A DNA stretch of 64,000 bases, from positions 88,312 to 152,311 of the forward strand of contig CAJQIN010000002.1 of NCBI GenBank assembly GCA_905478465.1. The letters are read 5' to 3'. A program made the position numbers and the translations under genes. The notes below the pieces were generated by a model. The model did no database searches and was not told where the DNA came from. It saw only the letters and a list, made by a program, of their open reading frames with translations. The stretch comes from Minisyncoccota bacterium (GTDB taxonomy: Bacteria > Patescibacteriota > Minisyncoccia > Phycocordibacterales > CAJQIN01). How positions within the stretch are numbered: the first letter of the stretch is position 1; each line of letters begins with the position of its first letter. This document shows positions 48,609 through 57,561 of this stretch, piece after piece.

Positions 48609-50891
48609 TTATTCCTCATCCTCTCTAACTCTCTTCTCTTCCGGAACATCATCTTCTGTCGGCGTACTAATTCCTTGTGTCTCAACCCATAAATTAACCG
48701 GATATTCCCAATAACGATACTGCGGATCTTCATTTGGATTTGTAGGAATTTCTGTATTCGGCTCATCTGCCGTTACCCAATGAAGAATTGAATGAATACC
48801 TCCTGTAAGAATTTCCCCAAGATTATTTGCTGAAGTATCTTCATCTGCCAAGCGCCCTGTCTGTGTATCTATTAGGTGTGATTCACCGCCGAGCCATTCA
48901 CCGCGTATTATTGGTTTGATTGTCTCTAGTGGATTTTCAATACTCTCCGGGTCTATAAAATCTTCTCCCGGAAGTGATGGAAGGACTGCATTCATAAACT
49001 CATTCCATAAAGGAGCGATAATAAATCCAGCTACCTTTTTCTCCATAGCTCTGTTGTCATTGTTTCCCGCCCAGGCACCAACTGCAATATTTGGAGTGTA
49101 TCCAACAATCCAAGCATCTCTGTAATCATTTGTCGTTCCTGTTTTCACCGCAACATCTCTTCCTGGAAAGTATAGGAATGATGCAGAGCCGAAAGCTGGA
49201 GTTCTGGCTACATTGTCTGCTAGGACATCAGAAATTTGTCTAGAAACATTTGTATCTAAAATTTGTTGACCACGAGGTTCGTATTTTTCTAAAATGTTTC
49301 CATTTGCATCTTGTACTTCAAGAATTGCCGTATAAGGAATGCGCACACCGTCATTTGCAAAGACACCATATGCACTTGTGACATCTAGAAGTCGCACCTC
49401 TCCACCTCCGAGAACAAGGGTAAGTCCATATCGTCCTATATCTGTCAGGGTAGAAACACCCATGTTTTTTGCTAACTGCAATGTGTCATTCATTCCTGCA
49501 AGGTAAAGTGTTTTAATTGCTGGAATGTTTACCGATTGTGCTAAAGCATCTCTCATAGACATTGGTCCATTGAAGACCCCGTCGTAGTTGGTAGGGGAAT
49601 AACACACATCATCTGTTTCAAGTTTTTGAGGAGAACAAGATGTAGAGAATTGTGTTCGAAGATCAAAAAGTATTGTGTCTGGAGTGTATCCTTTTGAAAA
49701 AGCTGTTGCATATGCAAAGGGTTTAAAAACAGATCCTGGTTGCCTGTTAGCAAGTGCAATATTGAAATTACCATCTATTTCTTCATCAAAGTAATCTCTA
49801 GAACCAACCATTGTTAGAATCTCTCCTGTATTTGGATCAATAGCAACAAGAGCTGCATTTTCTGCATTAAATTTCTCTGTATTTTCTAGCGCACGTCGCA
49901 ATACAATTTCCTCAGCTTTCTGTTGGTATTCATAATTCAAACTTGTACGTACGGTAAGTCCTTCGTTTAGAACAGTATCTTCTCCATATGTATTTGTCAG
50001 TAATTCTTTTACATAAATAACAAAGTGCGGAGCTTTAATTCCTGCTGTATCTTGTGAAAGAAAAACAACTTCTTCTTTTATTGCCAAATCATATTCTTCT
50101 TGAGAGATAAAATTATTTTCAAGCATCTTTGAAAGAACCAAATTTTTTCTAGTATCAAGTGCGTCAATATGATTTCCATAAGGAGAATAGTATGTAGGGG
50201 CTTGAGGGAGGGCAGCGATATAAGCTGATTCTGCCAAGGTTAGGTCTTGTGATTTTTTTCCAAAGAAACGAAGACTAGCCTCCTCGACACCATAAATACT
50301 TCCGCCATATGGATTTTCATTTAGGTAGATAGTTAGAATTTCTTCTTTTGTTAACTCTTGTTCAAGACGTATAGCCAAAACCCATTCTTTTAATTTTCTA
50401 GAAATAGTTTTTTCTCTTGTGAGGATTGAATTTTTCACAACCTGCTGGGTAATAGTCGAACCACCTTGCCCAAAATCAAGACTGCCGATATTGGCAAGAG
50501 CTGCGCGCAAGAAAGCTATGGGTCGAATACCAGAGTGAGAATAGAAAGTATCATCTTCAATAGCAATTGTTGCATTTTTTATATACACAGAAATTTCATC
50601 AAGAGGAACTATTGTTCTTTTTATATCTTGATATAGATCATATAAAAGAACCTCTCCTGTTCTATCATATATTTTTGTTGATTGAGTTACCTTTCGATCA
50701 TTAAATGAATCAAGGGTGGGAATTTGGAAGGTAGAAATCCATAAAGTAATGATTCCTGCTCCAAAAATACAGAGTGCAATACAAATACTGATAAGATTCT
50801 TAATAAGTTTTCGGTGTTTTTTTAGAAAAGTCATACCTTTTAGTGTACACCAAAAAATGATAAAGTAGGATATATATGTCATTATTTTCAT
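48609..50891 (-). CDS. class A penicillin-binding protein (glycosyltransferase GT51 plus transpeptidase)
   Basis: N-terminal TM; GT51 motifs (EDDTFYSHSGI, GGSTITQQVVKN); transpeptidase motifs SVFKP (SxxK), SVN and KTGT. Confidence 0.9.
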   Translation of the reverse strand: MKIMTYISYFIIFWCTLKGMTFLKKHRKLIKNLISICIALCIFGAGIITLWISTFQIPTLDSFNDRKVTQSTKIYDRTGEVLLYDLYQDIKRTIVPLDEISVYIKNATIAIEDDTFYSHSGIRPIAFLRAALANIGSLDFGQGGSTITQQVVKNSILTREKTISRKLKEWVLAIRLEQELTKEEILTIYLNENPYGGSIYGVEEASLRFFGKKSQDLTLAESAYIAALPQAPTYYSPYGNHIDALDTRKNLVLSKMLENNFISQEEYDLAIKEEVVFLSQDTAGIKAPHFVIYVKELLTNTYGEDTVLNEGLTVRTSLNYEYQQKAEEIVLRRALENTEKFNAENAALVAIDPNTGEILTMVGSRDYFDEEIDGNFNIALANRQPGSVFKPFAYATAFSKGYTPDTILFDLRTQFSTSCSPQKLETDDVCYSPTNYDGVFNGPMSMRDALAQSVNIPAIKTLYLAGMNDTLQLAKNMGVSTLTDIGRYGLTLVLGGGEVRLLDVTSAYGVFANDGVRIPYTAILEVQDANGNILEKYEPRGQQILDTNVSRQISDVLADNVARTPAFGSASFLYFPGRDVAVKTGTTNDYRDAWIVGYTPNIAVGAWAGNNDNRAMEKKVAGFIIAPLWNEFMNAVLPSLPGEDFIDPESIENPLETIKPIIRGEWLGGESHLIDTQTGRLADEDTSANNLGEILTGGIHSILHWVTADEPNTEIPTNPNEDPQYRYWEYPVNLWVETQGISTPTEDDVPEEKRVREDEE

Positions 50892-52087
50892 TTAAATCAA
50901 AACAAATAATCTCTACTGACAAACAAAAGATCCACGAAATTCTGACACGTGGTATTGAAGATGTTTTTGTAAAAGAGTCTCTGGAGAAGAAGCTCCTTTC
51001 TGGTAAACAACTACGAGTGAAGCTCGGTTTTGACCCCACAGGAGGTCGTATTCACATTGGTCGAGCTATCCTTCTCCGAAAATTAAAGGCTTTTCAGGAT
51101 TTAGGGCACAAAGTTGTCTTCATTGTGGGAGACTTTACCGCACAAATTGGTGACCCGTCAGACAAGATTGAAAAACGACCCATGCTCACCCGAGAGAAAA
51201 TTGAAGAAAATATCAAAGACTACAAACGCCAAGTGGGGAAGATTATCGATGTTTCAAAAGCAGAATTTCACTTTAACAGTACTTGGCTTTCAAAACTCGG
51301 TTTTCAAGAAATTGCAGAACTTGCTGAAACTTTTTCAGTACAACAAATGTCTTCTCGTCGAAACTTCAAAGATCGTTTCGAGAAAGGAGTCGAAGTATCA
51401 CTTCGAGAATTTTTATACCCCTTGATGCAAGGATATGATTCTGTGCAGGTAAAAGCTGATATTGAGATTGGTGGATTTGATCAACTATTTAATTTGAAAG
51501 CTGGAAGAATTATTCAGAAATACTACAAACAACCTGAGCAGGATGTTCTTACTATTCAAATGCTAGAAGGAACAGACGGAAGGAAGATGTCTACAAGTTG
51601 GGGAAACATCATCACCATCTTGGATACACCAGAAGAAATGTATGGAAAACTAATGTCTACAAAAGATGAGCTTCTTCCGCAGTATTTCCTTTTGTGTACT
51701 GATTTGTCTAAAGAAGAAATAACGAAAGCCCTTGATGGTGTACACCCCAAAGAAGCTAAGATGCATCTTGCGCGAGAGGTTGTGGCACTTTATCACCCAA
51801 GAGAGTCTGTACAAAAAGCTGAACAAGATTTTATAAAAACCTTTAGTAAAGGAGGTGTGCCAGAGAATACTCCAGAGGTAACAGTAGAAGCAGGAACAAA
51901 ACTTTCTGACATTTTGCTTGATGCAAAATTAGTTTCTTCCAAAACTGAATTCAAACGTCTTGCCGAAGAGGGTGGGGTAAAAAACATTGAAACCGAAAAA
52001 GCTCTTACCGATATTCATGAGGTGGTAACGGAATCCATAACACTGAAGATTGGGAAGAGAAGGTTTTTGAAAATAAATATAAAATAA
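50876..52087 (+). CDS. tyrS: tyrosine--tRNA ligase
   Basis: GFDPTGGRIHIGRAI (HIGH region) and KMSTSWGN (KMSKS); the length and C-terminal S4-like domain fit TyrRS. Confidence 0.9.
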   Translation: MSLFSFKSKQIISTDKQKIHEILTRGIEDVFVKESLEKKLLSGKQLRVKLGFDPTGGRIHIGRAILLRKLKAFQDLGHKVVFIVGDFTAQIGDPSDKIEKRPMLTREKIEENIKDYKRQVGKIIDVSKAEFHFNSTWLSKLGFQEIAELAETFSVQQMSSRRNFKDRFEKGVEVSLREFLYPLMQGYDSVQVKADIEIGGFDQLFNLKAGRIIQKYYKQPEQDVLTIQMLEGTDGRKMSTSWGNIITILDTPEEMYGKLMSTKDELLPQYFLLCTDLSKEEITKALDGVHPKEAKMHLAREVVALYHPRESVQKAEQDFIKTFSKGGVPENTPEVTVEAGTKLSDILLDAKLVSSKTEFKRLAEEGGVKNIETEKALTDIHEVVTESITLKIGKRRFLKINIK

Positions 52088-52120
52088 AAAATACCAGTAT
52101 AAATACTGGTATTTTTTATA
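52088..52120. terminator. bidirectional rho-independent terminator after tyrS
   Basis: aaaaaataccagta-taaa-tactggtatttttt. Confidence 0.65.
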
Positions 52121-52347
52121 AATCATCCTCCTCATCAAGATCATAATCGTCTGGATCAAAAACGTCACCATCGTCCTCGTCTTCGATATGAAATCCATCA
52201 GTTAGATCATCGTCATCAATATGTAATTCGTCGCTGTTCATACGTGATAAATAAAATATTAAATTTACTTATCCATATTTGTATCAAATCAGATTTTTTT
52301 TGCAATATGATTTTATAGAGAAAAACTGGGGATAAATGATGTCTCTG

Positions 52348-52827
52348 TTAAGAGTTTTCTATGAAGCGAGTAGCCTCACAAGTTAACCCTATAGCAATAG
52401 CATCATACTCATCATCATGTTTGATTTCTTTTGAAATGGTAATGATTTTAGGAATCATTTTAATGATTTGAACTTTAGTACTTCTCCCATGTCCCGTGAC
52501 CGCAATTTTAATCTCTGCAGGGCTAAATTCTCTAATAATAAGATTGGCACAGGATGCTTCATATAGAATAACTCCACGCGCTTCAGCTACGGCGAGAGCT
52601 GTTTTCGCATTACTTCCCCAAAATAGTTTTTCAATTGCTAGTACTTCTGGTTTGTATTTTTTGATAACTTTCTGTAATTCTTGCCCAAGAGCTTTTAACC
52701 TCTCTCCATGAGAGAGTTCTTTAGATGTTTCAAAACAGTCTGAATATAAAAGAGAAGTATTCTCGAGTACTGCAATACCAAGACGTCCATATCCTGGATC
52801 AATGGCTAGAATTTTTGTATTAGACAG
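52348..52827 (-). CDS. ruvC: crossover junction endodeoxyribonuclease RuvC
   Basis: ILAIDPGYGRLGIAV N-terminus with the catalytic Asp. Start taken at the internal M (159 aa); a longer in-frame extension to 52902 would overlap yebC. Confidence 0.8.
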   Translation of the reverse strand: MSNTKILAIDPGYGRLGIAVLENTSLLYSDCFETSKELSHGERLKALGQELQKVIKKYKPEVLAIEKLFWGSNAKTALAVAEARGVILYEASCANLIIREFSPAEIKIAVTGHGRSTKVQIIKMIPKIITISKEIKHDDEYDAIAIGLTCEATRFIENS

Positions 52828-53350
52828 CATTGGTATAGGTTTCCTGGACATCGTCATTGTCTTCAAGTTCCTCGAGTACTTTGCTAAGTTTCTCTCCGTC
52901 AATTTCAGAAATCTCTACTGTTGTAGTTGCTGTCCATTCTCCATGTTCGTGTACAAATGCCCATGTGGCAGAACCACTTTGCGCAAGTTCAAGTCCGTTT
53001 TTTGAAAGAATATGTCGTATTTCTGCTGCTGTACGGTTATTGTTGTCGGTAAGACCTTCTATAATAATAGCCACACCTCCTGGACCATACGCTTCGTATG
53101 TTACTGGATTCATAGCAGCTCCTGTATCACTAGAAGCTTTTTTGACAGCTCGTTCAATGTTCTCACTAGGGAGGTTCATTTTTCGAGCTTTTTCAATAGC
53201 TGCTTTAAGACTAGGAGATTCCATGTTTCCACCAGCTTTCTTGGCTTCTACTGTAATGAGTCGATTTAATTTTGTGAATACTTTACTTCGAGCTTGGTCA
53301 GTAGCAGCTTTTTTGTGTTTGATCTTTGACCATTTATTGTGTCCTGACAT
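52820..53350 (-). CDS. YebC/PmpR-family DNA-binding regulator (short form)
   Basis: MSGHNKWSKIKHKKA N-terminus typical of YebC. Sits between ruvB and ruvC. Confidence 0.75.
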   Translation of the reverse strand: MSGHNKWSKIKHKKAATDQARSKVFTKLNRLITVEAKKAGGNMESPSLKAAIEKARKMNLPSENIERAVKKASSDTGAAMNPVTYEAYGPGGVAIIIEGLTDNNNRTAAEIRHILSKNGLELAQSGSATWAFVHEHGEWTATTTVEISEIDGEKLSKVLEELEDNDDVQETYTNAV

Positions 53351-53412
53351 ATAAATATAAAATTATCAGTAGTAATGTTTGTAAGATTATCTTAATTACA
53401 GAAAACAGACAA

Positions 53413-54405
53413 CTAGTAGTTTTCTATATGTTGCCGGCCTTTTTCTGTAATCTTTCTTCCTCTAGGGGTTCTTTCTAGAAAACCAATTTGTATTAAATAG
53501 GGTTCATTAAACTCTGCAAGAGTTCCTTCATCTTCAGATAAAGAAACTGCTAGGGTATTGAGTCCAACTGGACCACCTTGAAACTTTTCTATAAGTGCAG
53601 AAAGAAGATCTCTGTCTGCGGTAGAGAGACCGAGAGGGTCTATACCAAGAAGATTTAAAGATTCTATAACTGTATGCAAGTCTACAGAATCTTTTTTATT
53701 CACTTGTGCATAGTCACGACATCTTTTGAGAAAATGGTTTGCTGTACGTGGTGTGTATCTACTTCTACGAGCAATTTCCACAAGAGCATCTTTATCTATT
53801 GAAATACCAAGTATCCCAGCTGACTTCTGTACGATTTGTTGAATTTCTTCCTCTGTATAAAATACCATTCGATGTACACCTCCTGAAAAACGAGAGCGAA
53901 GTGGGGAAGAAAGAAGTGAAATTCTGGTGGTGGCACCTATAAGTGTGAAAGGAGGGAGGTCTAATTGGATACTTCGGGCCGATGGACCCTTTCCAATTAT
54001 GATGTCTAGAGAGCCAGATTCCATAGCGGGGTAGAGGAGCTCCTCTACTGCTTTATTGAGTCTGTGAATCTCGTCTATGAACAGGATATCCCCAGGTGTC
54101 AGATTGGTCAAAACAGAGGCAAGATCACCTACTTTTTCAATAGCTGGCCCTGAAGTCACTTTCATCTGCACATCGAGCTCATGAGATATCAAATGGGCTA
54201 AAGTTGTTTTTCCTAGCCCTGGTGGACCATAAAAGAGTAAATGCTCTGGAGGATGTTCTCTCTCTTTGGCAGCTCTAAGAAGGATATCGAGGTTCTGTTT
54301 TATCGATGTTTGTCCAATATAATTCTCCCATGTTTTGGGTCGAAGCATCTTATCGAGGAATTGACCCTCTGGACGCTCTGTGGTATCTTTTTCTTTCGTC
54401 TGCAT
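53413..54405 (-). CDS. ruvB: Holliday junction branch migration ATPase RuvB
   Basis: Walker A GPPGLGKTTLA, Walker B LFIDEIHR, and a C-terminal winged helix. Confidence 0.95.
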   Translation of the reverse strand: MQTKEKDTTERPEGQFLDKMLRPKTWENYIGQTSIKQNLDILLRAAKEREHPPEHLLFYGPPGLGKTTLAHLISHELDVQMKVTSGPAIEKVGDLASVLTNLTPGDILFIDEIHRLNKAVEELLYPAMESGSLDIIIGKGPSARSIQLDLPPFTLIGATTRISLLSSPLRSRFSGGVHRMVFYTEEEIQQIVQKSAGILGISIDKDALVEIARRSRYTPRTANHFLKRCRDYAQVNKKDSVDLHTVIESLNLLGIDPLGLSTADRDLLSALIEKFQGGPVGLNTLAVSLSEDEGTLAEFNEPYLIQIGFLERTPRGRKITEKGRQHIENY

Positions 54406-54454
54406 AGTATTGTATATATCTTAGCACGAACGAGTGACAGGAGTGTATAAGCAA

Positions 54455-54555
54455 AAAAGAGCTTGACAAATCTGAAACCCTATGTTAGTATATACACATC
54501 TTCAATACAGGAAGATATAAGAGAGTCTTAAGTATTTCTAGACTCTTTTTCTATC
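54455..54555 (+). promoter_or_regulatory. sigma70-like promoter (TTGACA N17 TAGTAT) followed about 35 nt later by a terminator-like hairpin (agagtct-N11-agactct-TTTTT)
   Basis: Seen directly. No ORF lies downstream on this strand. Confidence 0.35.
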
Positions 54556-54574
54556 ACTGATCTTTTTATCGAAA

Positions 54575-54800
54575 ACATAAACCTCTAAGCAACGTGGTCT
54601 TTTGATCTCCTAGTCTTATGCCGAGGATAGTCTGGTACGTATTCTTGTAATACGTGGCTGAACTTCTCCTTAGATGTAAGATTTAACTTTTAGTACGCTT
54701 ATTAAAAGTGTTGCTTCGAGGTTTAAGTCTTGGATAAAACCTCAATACGCCTAATTATTCATAATCCCCTTGCATACGCAAGGGGATTATTTGTTTGAAC
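54575..54800 (+). ncRNA. candidate structured small RNA of unknown class
   Basis: A long-range helix (ctctaagcaac at 54583-54593 with gttgcttcgag at 54709-54719) encloses two hairpins (acgtatt-cttgt-aatacgt; gaggttt-N12-aaacctc). It ends with a 12-bp-stem terminator (aatccccttgc-atac-gcaaggggatt plus T-rich tail, 54761-54797). No ORF; lies between convergent genes. Confidence 0.3.
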
Positions 54801-54837
54801 ACAAGTTGAGATGTTAGTAAAATATTTTTTTTATTTT

Positions 54838-56511
54838 TTATTCATCCAAATCAAGAACTCTTCGTATTTCTTCTAGTGTAGTAACACCATTTAAAACTTT
54901 TATTATTCCATCTTGTTGCATAGTGAGGATTCCTTGACCCTCGGCGGCTTTCCAAATATCTCTTTCTCCAGGATTGTCTTGTAGTGCTGTTTCTATTTTT
55001 TCATCAGTTAATATTCCTTCGAAGACACCAATTCTGCCTTTATACCCATTAGATATTTCTCCTTCTGGTATTTCTGGTACCCACATTTTATCCGTCTGTA
55101 CTCCTTCTAAATATGTTTTGTCTACAATGCTGTCAAGAATTCTCAGGATAGTTTCTCGGTCTTTCCCTTCAAGGGGTATTTCTTTTTTAAACTGAGGATC
55201 AATCTTCCTAACAAGACGTTGAGCCAAAGCTAGGTTGATTGCTGAGGTGATGACTTTTGCATTTACACCAAGATCGATAAGGCGTGGAAATGTTCCTGCT
55301 GCATTGTTGGTGTGAAGGGTAGAGAATACAAGGTGACCGGTAAGAGCAGCGTTCACTGCAATCTCTGCTGTCTCTGTGTCTCGAATTTCACCGACCATGA
55401 TCACATCAGGGTCTTGTCTAAGTGCTGCTCGAAGACCAGACAGGAAAGTGTATCCTTGTTTTGTATTTGTTTGTGTCTGAACAATTCCATCGAGATGGTA
55501 TTCAATTGGGTTTTCAATGGTAAGAATTTTTGTTTCTGTTGAATAGATTTTTTTCAATATGGAATAAAGTGTAGTTGTCTTTCCTGAACCTGTCGGACCT
55601 GTGGTTAAGACCATTCCATTAGGTTTCTTTATTTCATGTTCAATGATTTTGAACAGTCTTTCATTAATACCCATGTCTTCCAATGGAACATTGATGGATT
55701 TTGGATTAAGAACACGAAGCACTACGGATTCATTGTATGCTCCAGGAAGTACTGATGTACGAATTTCGATATCTGTATCAGAAAGACGAATAGTGAATCT
55801 TCCATCTTGAGCTGCTTTCTTCAGGTTAAGCTTCAGGCCTGAAAGAAGTTTGATACGAGATAATAGAAGTTGGTATGTATCATTGTCGAGTTGGGCAATA
55901 TCAACAAGTACACCATCTAAACGGTACCTCAAGCGCACATCATCTTTTTCTGGTTCAGTATGAAGGTCAGATGCTTTTGTTGAGAGTGCTCCAGCAACAA
56001 TAATTTCCAAAATTCTAGAAACACGATATCGACGTTCCATATGCAACGTTTCCTCGATCATATTTTTTATATCCAAAAGAGAATGTTCTTCTTTTAGGAA
56101 AATTTGAATTTGGTCACTAGAAATATCGAGTCCTCCCGCTGTCTCAAAAGAAAGAGACAGGTCTTTGTAGCGACTCCAGGCTTTATGAAGGCTTGCTGTA
56201 GATACCATGAACAAGATTGGTTCAAATCCTTTCTCTTTTATTTTTTCAATAGCCTGAATCGTCTTTTGACTATGTGGAGCAAGAACACCAATTTGAATTT
56301 TTTTATCGATCCGATTAAAAGGAGCAACATTTGCTGCTTTTGCATCTTCTTCTGTGATGGCTCGTAGTGCATCTTGATTTATTGGAACAGGGCCGAGGTC
56401 TAGATAGGGAATACCGTATTTAGAAGATAGAATTTGAACAGAGTCTTCCTCTTCTTTTTTTCGAAGTTCATCAAGATCTCTATTTTGTTTTTCTTCATTA
56501 AATTCAATCAT
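54838..56511 (-). CDS. pilB: type IV pilus assembly ATPase PilB (GspE family)
   Basis: Walker A GPTGSGKTTTLYS and the Asp/His boxes. The 557-aa length fits PilB/GspE. Confidence 0.9.
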   Translation of the reverse strand: MIEFNEEKQNRDLDELRKKEEEDSVQILSSKYGIPYLDLGPVPINQDALRAITEEDAKAANVAPFNRIDKKIQIGVLAPHSQKTIQAIEKIKEKGFEPILFMVSTASLHKAWSRYKDLSLSFETAGGLDISSDQIQIFLKEEHSLLDIKNMIEETLHMERRYRVSRILEIIVAGALSTKASDLHTEPEKDDVRLRYRLDGVLVDIAQLDNDTYQLLLSRIKLLSGLKLNLKKAAQDGRFTIRLSDTDIEIRTSVLPGAYNESVVLRVLNPKSINVPLEDMGINERLFKIIEHEIKKPNGMVLTTGPTGSGKTTTLYSILKKIYSTETKILTIENPIEYHLDGIVQTQTNTKQGYTFLSGLRAALRQDPDVIMVGEIRDTETAEIAVNAALTGHLVFSTLHTNNAAGTFPRLIDLGVNAKVITSAINLALAQRLVRKIDPQFKKEIPLEGKDRETILRILDSIVDKTYLEGVQTDKMWVPEIPEGEISNGYKGRIGVFEGILTDEKIETALQDNPGERDIWKAAEGQGILTMQQDGIIKVLNGVTTLEEIRRVLDLDE

Positions 56512-56598
56512 TTCAAATAATCATATCACAATCATGTATGAAAAAACCGCCAACAACACAATGAAGTGTTGCTGACGGCTGTGGGGGGCGTTTGTTTG

Positions 56599-57006
56599 TT
56601 ACCGACTTCGGACTCCAATTTGGAATCCGAAATCATTTGTTTTAACCCCAATACGCACCGAGGTACCCGAGGGTCGTGGGACGGAATAACATCCGTTTCG
56701 ACGAGGTTCGCAGTCTTGTTTAGTCTGATGAGAGAATCCTGTTCTTCCAGAATACCCTGTCCTCGCTACCGGATGTGTACTGGTTTGTGTCTGAATTTTT
56801 TCAGACACAAGATTACCACAGGAATCATACACACGCCTGACGTGTGTTTCCGTGCGTACTCGGGTGACTTTTTGGGTTTTTCCGAAGGTGCTTTCTACGT
56901 ACTGACGGTCCTGCCGCCACTCTCTCCCGTAGTTATCCGCCTGAACAGCGGAAACAAGGCTAAAAACAAACAAAATTGTAAGGAACGATAATGACTTAGT
57001 GAGCAT
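56599..57006 (-). CDS. hypothetical secreted Arg/Thr/Gly-rich protein encoded in an unusually GC-rich segment
   Basis: Strong SD (AAAGGAG 8 nt before the ATG at 57006). Signal peptide MLTKSLSFLTILFVFSLVSAVQA, 4 Cys. A hairpin plus T6 terminator lies just downstream at about 56540-56580. Confidence 0.5.
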   Translation of the reverse strand: MLTKSLSFLTILFVFSLVSAVQADNYGREWRQDRQYVESTFGKTQKVTRVRTETHVRRVYDSCGNLVSEKIQTQTSTHPVARTGYSGRTGFSHQTKQDCEPRRNGCYSVPRPSGTSVRIGVKTNDFGFQIGVRSR

Positions 57007-57114
57007 AGTAATGCTCCTTTCGTGTTTAGAGTTAGTCTTTAAGTCTGTATTAATACTATCACCTTTCTTGATAAAAGTCAATAGCTCATTCATGATACAA
57101 TATACCCACTACAT

Positions 57115-57561
57115 ATGGAAGAAAAAACACTAAAAACCCTTTATTCACAAGCTGAAATGCAAAAAGAGTCTGAGAATTTCCTGAAAACCCTCATGCAGAA
57201 AGAGGGTGCTACCGTACTTGGATTGAAAGGAGATTTAGGGGCCGGAAAAACCACATTTACCCAGTCACTGGCTCGAGCATGTGGCATTACCGAAACACTA
57301 ACCAGCCCTACTTTTGTTATTCAGAAAACATATAAGATTCCACAACCAGCAACTTTCTCATCTCTCATCCATATAGATGCATACCGCCTTGAATCATCTG
57401 ACGAACTTTTGCATCTTGGTTTTCAAGAATTATTACAAGATCCAAATAATTTAATTTGTATTGAGTGGCCAGAGAATGTAACAGAAGCCCTTCCTGAAGA
57501 TATAAAATACTTGTCTTTCTCTTTTATTAATGAAAAAACACGAACCCTGAGCTATGAATAA
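57115..57561 (+). CDS. tsaE: tRNA threonylcarbamoyladenosine biosynthesis protein TsaE
   Basis: P-loop GDLGAGKTTF and the IHIDAYRL motif typical of TsaE/YjeE. Confidence 0.8.
   Translation: MEEKTLKTLYSQAEMQKESENFLKTLMQKEGATVLGLKGDLGAGKTTFTQSLARACGITETLTSPTFVIQKTYKIPQPATFSSLIHIDAYRLESSDELLHLGFQELLQDPNNLICIEWPENVTEALPEDIKYLSFSFINEKTRTLSYE

Noticed and set aside
54405-54838. Interpreting the 54.4-54.8 kb structured region as tmRNA, RNase P RNA or SRP RNA
   Set aside because: It lacks the tRNA-like T-arm and CCA end and tag ORF of tmRNA, the GGAAAGUCCGG / ACAGNRA cores of RNase P RNA, and the GGAAGCAGCCA-type domain IV of SRP RNA. It is kept as an unclassified sRNA candidate.
56715-56735. CUGAUGAG motif resembling the hammerhead ribozyme core
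   Set aside because: No correctly placed GAAA or stem I/II/III arrangement could be built around it, and it lies inside a well-supported protein-coding frame.
56566-56991. Plus-strand 141-aa ORF inside the GC-rich segment
   Set aside because: It overlaps the minus-strand ORF, which has a strong SD, a signal peptide and its own terminator. GC-rich DNA yields open frames on both strands, and the plus ORF has no start signals.
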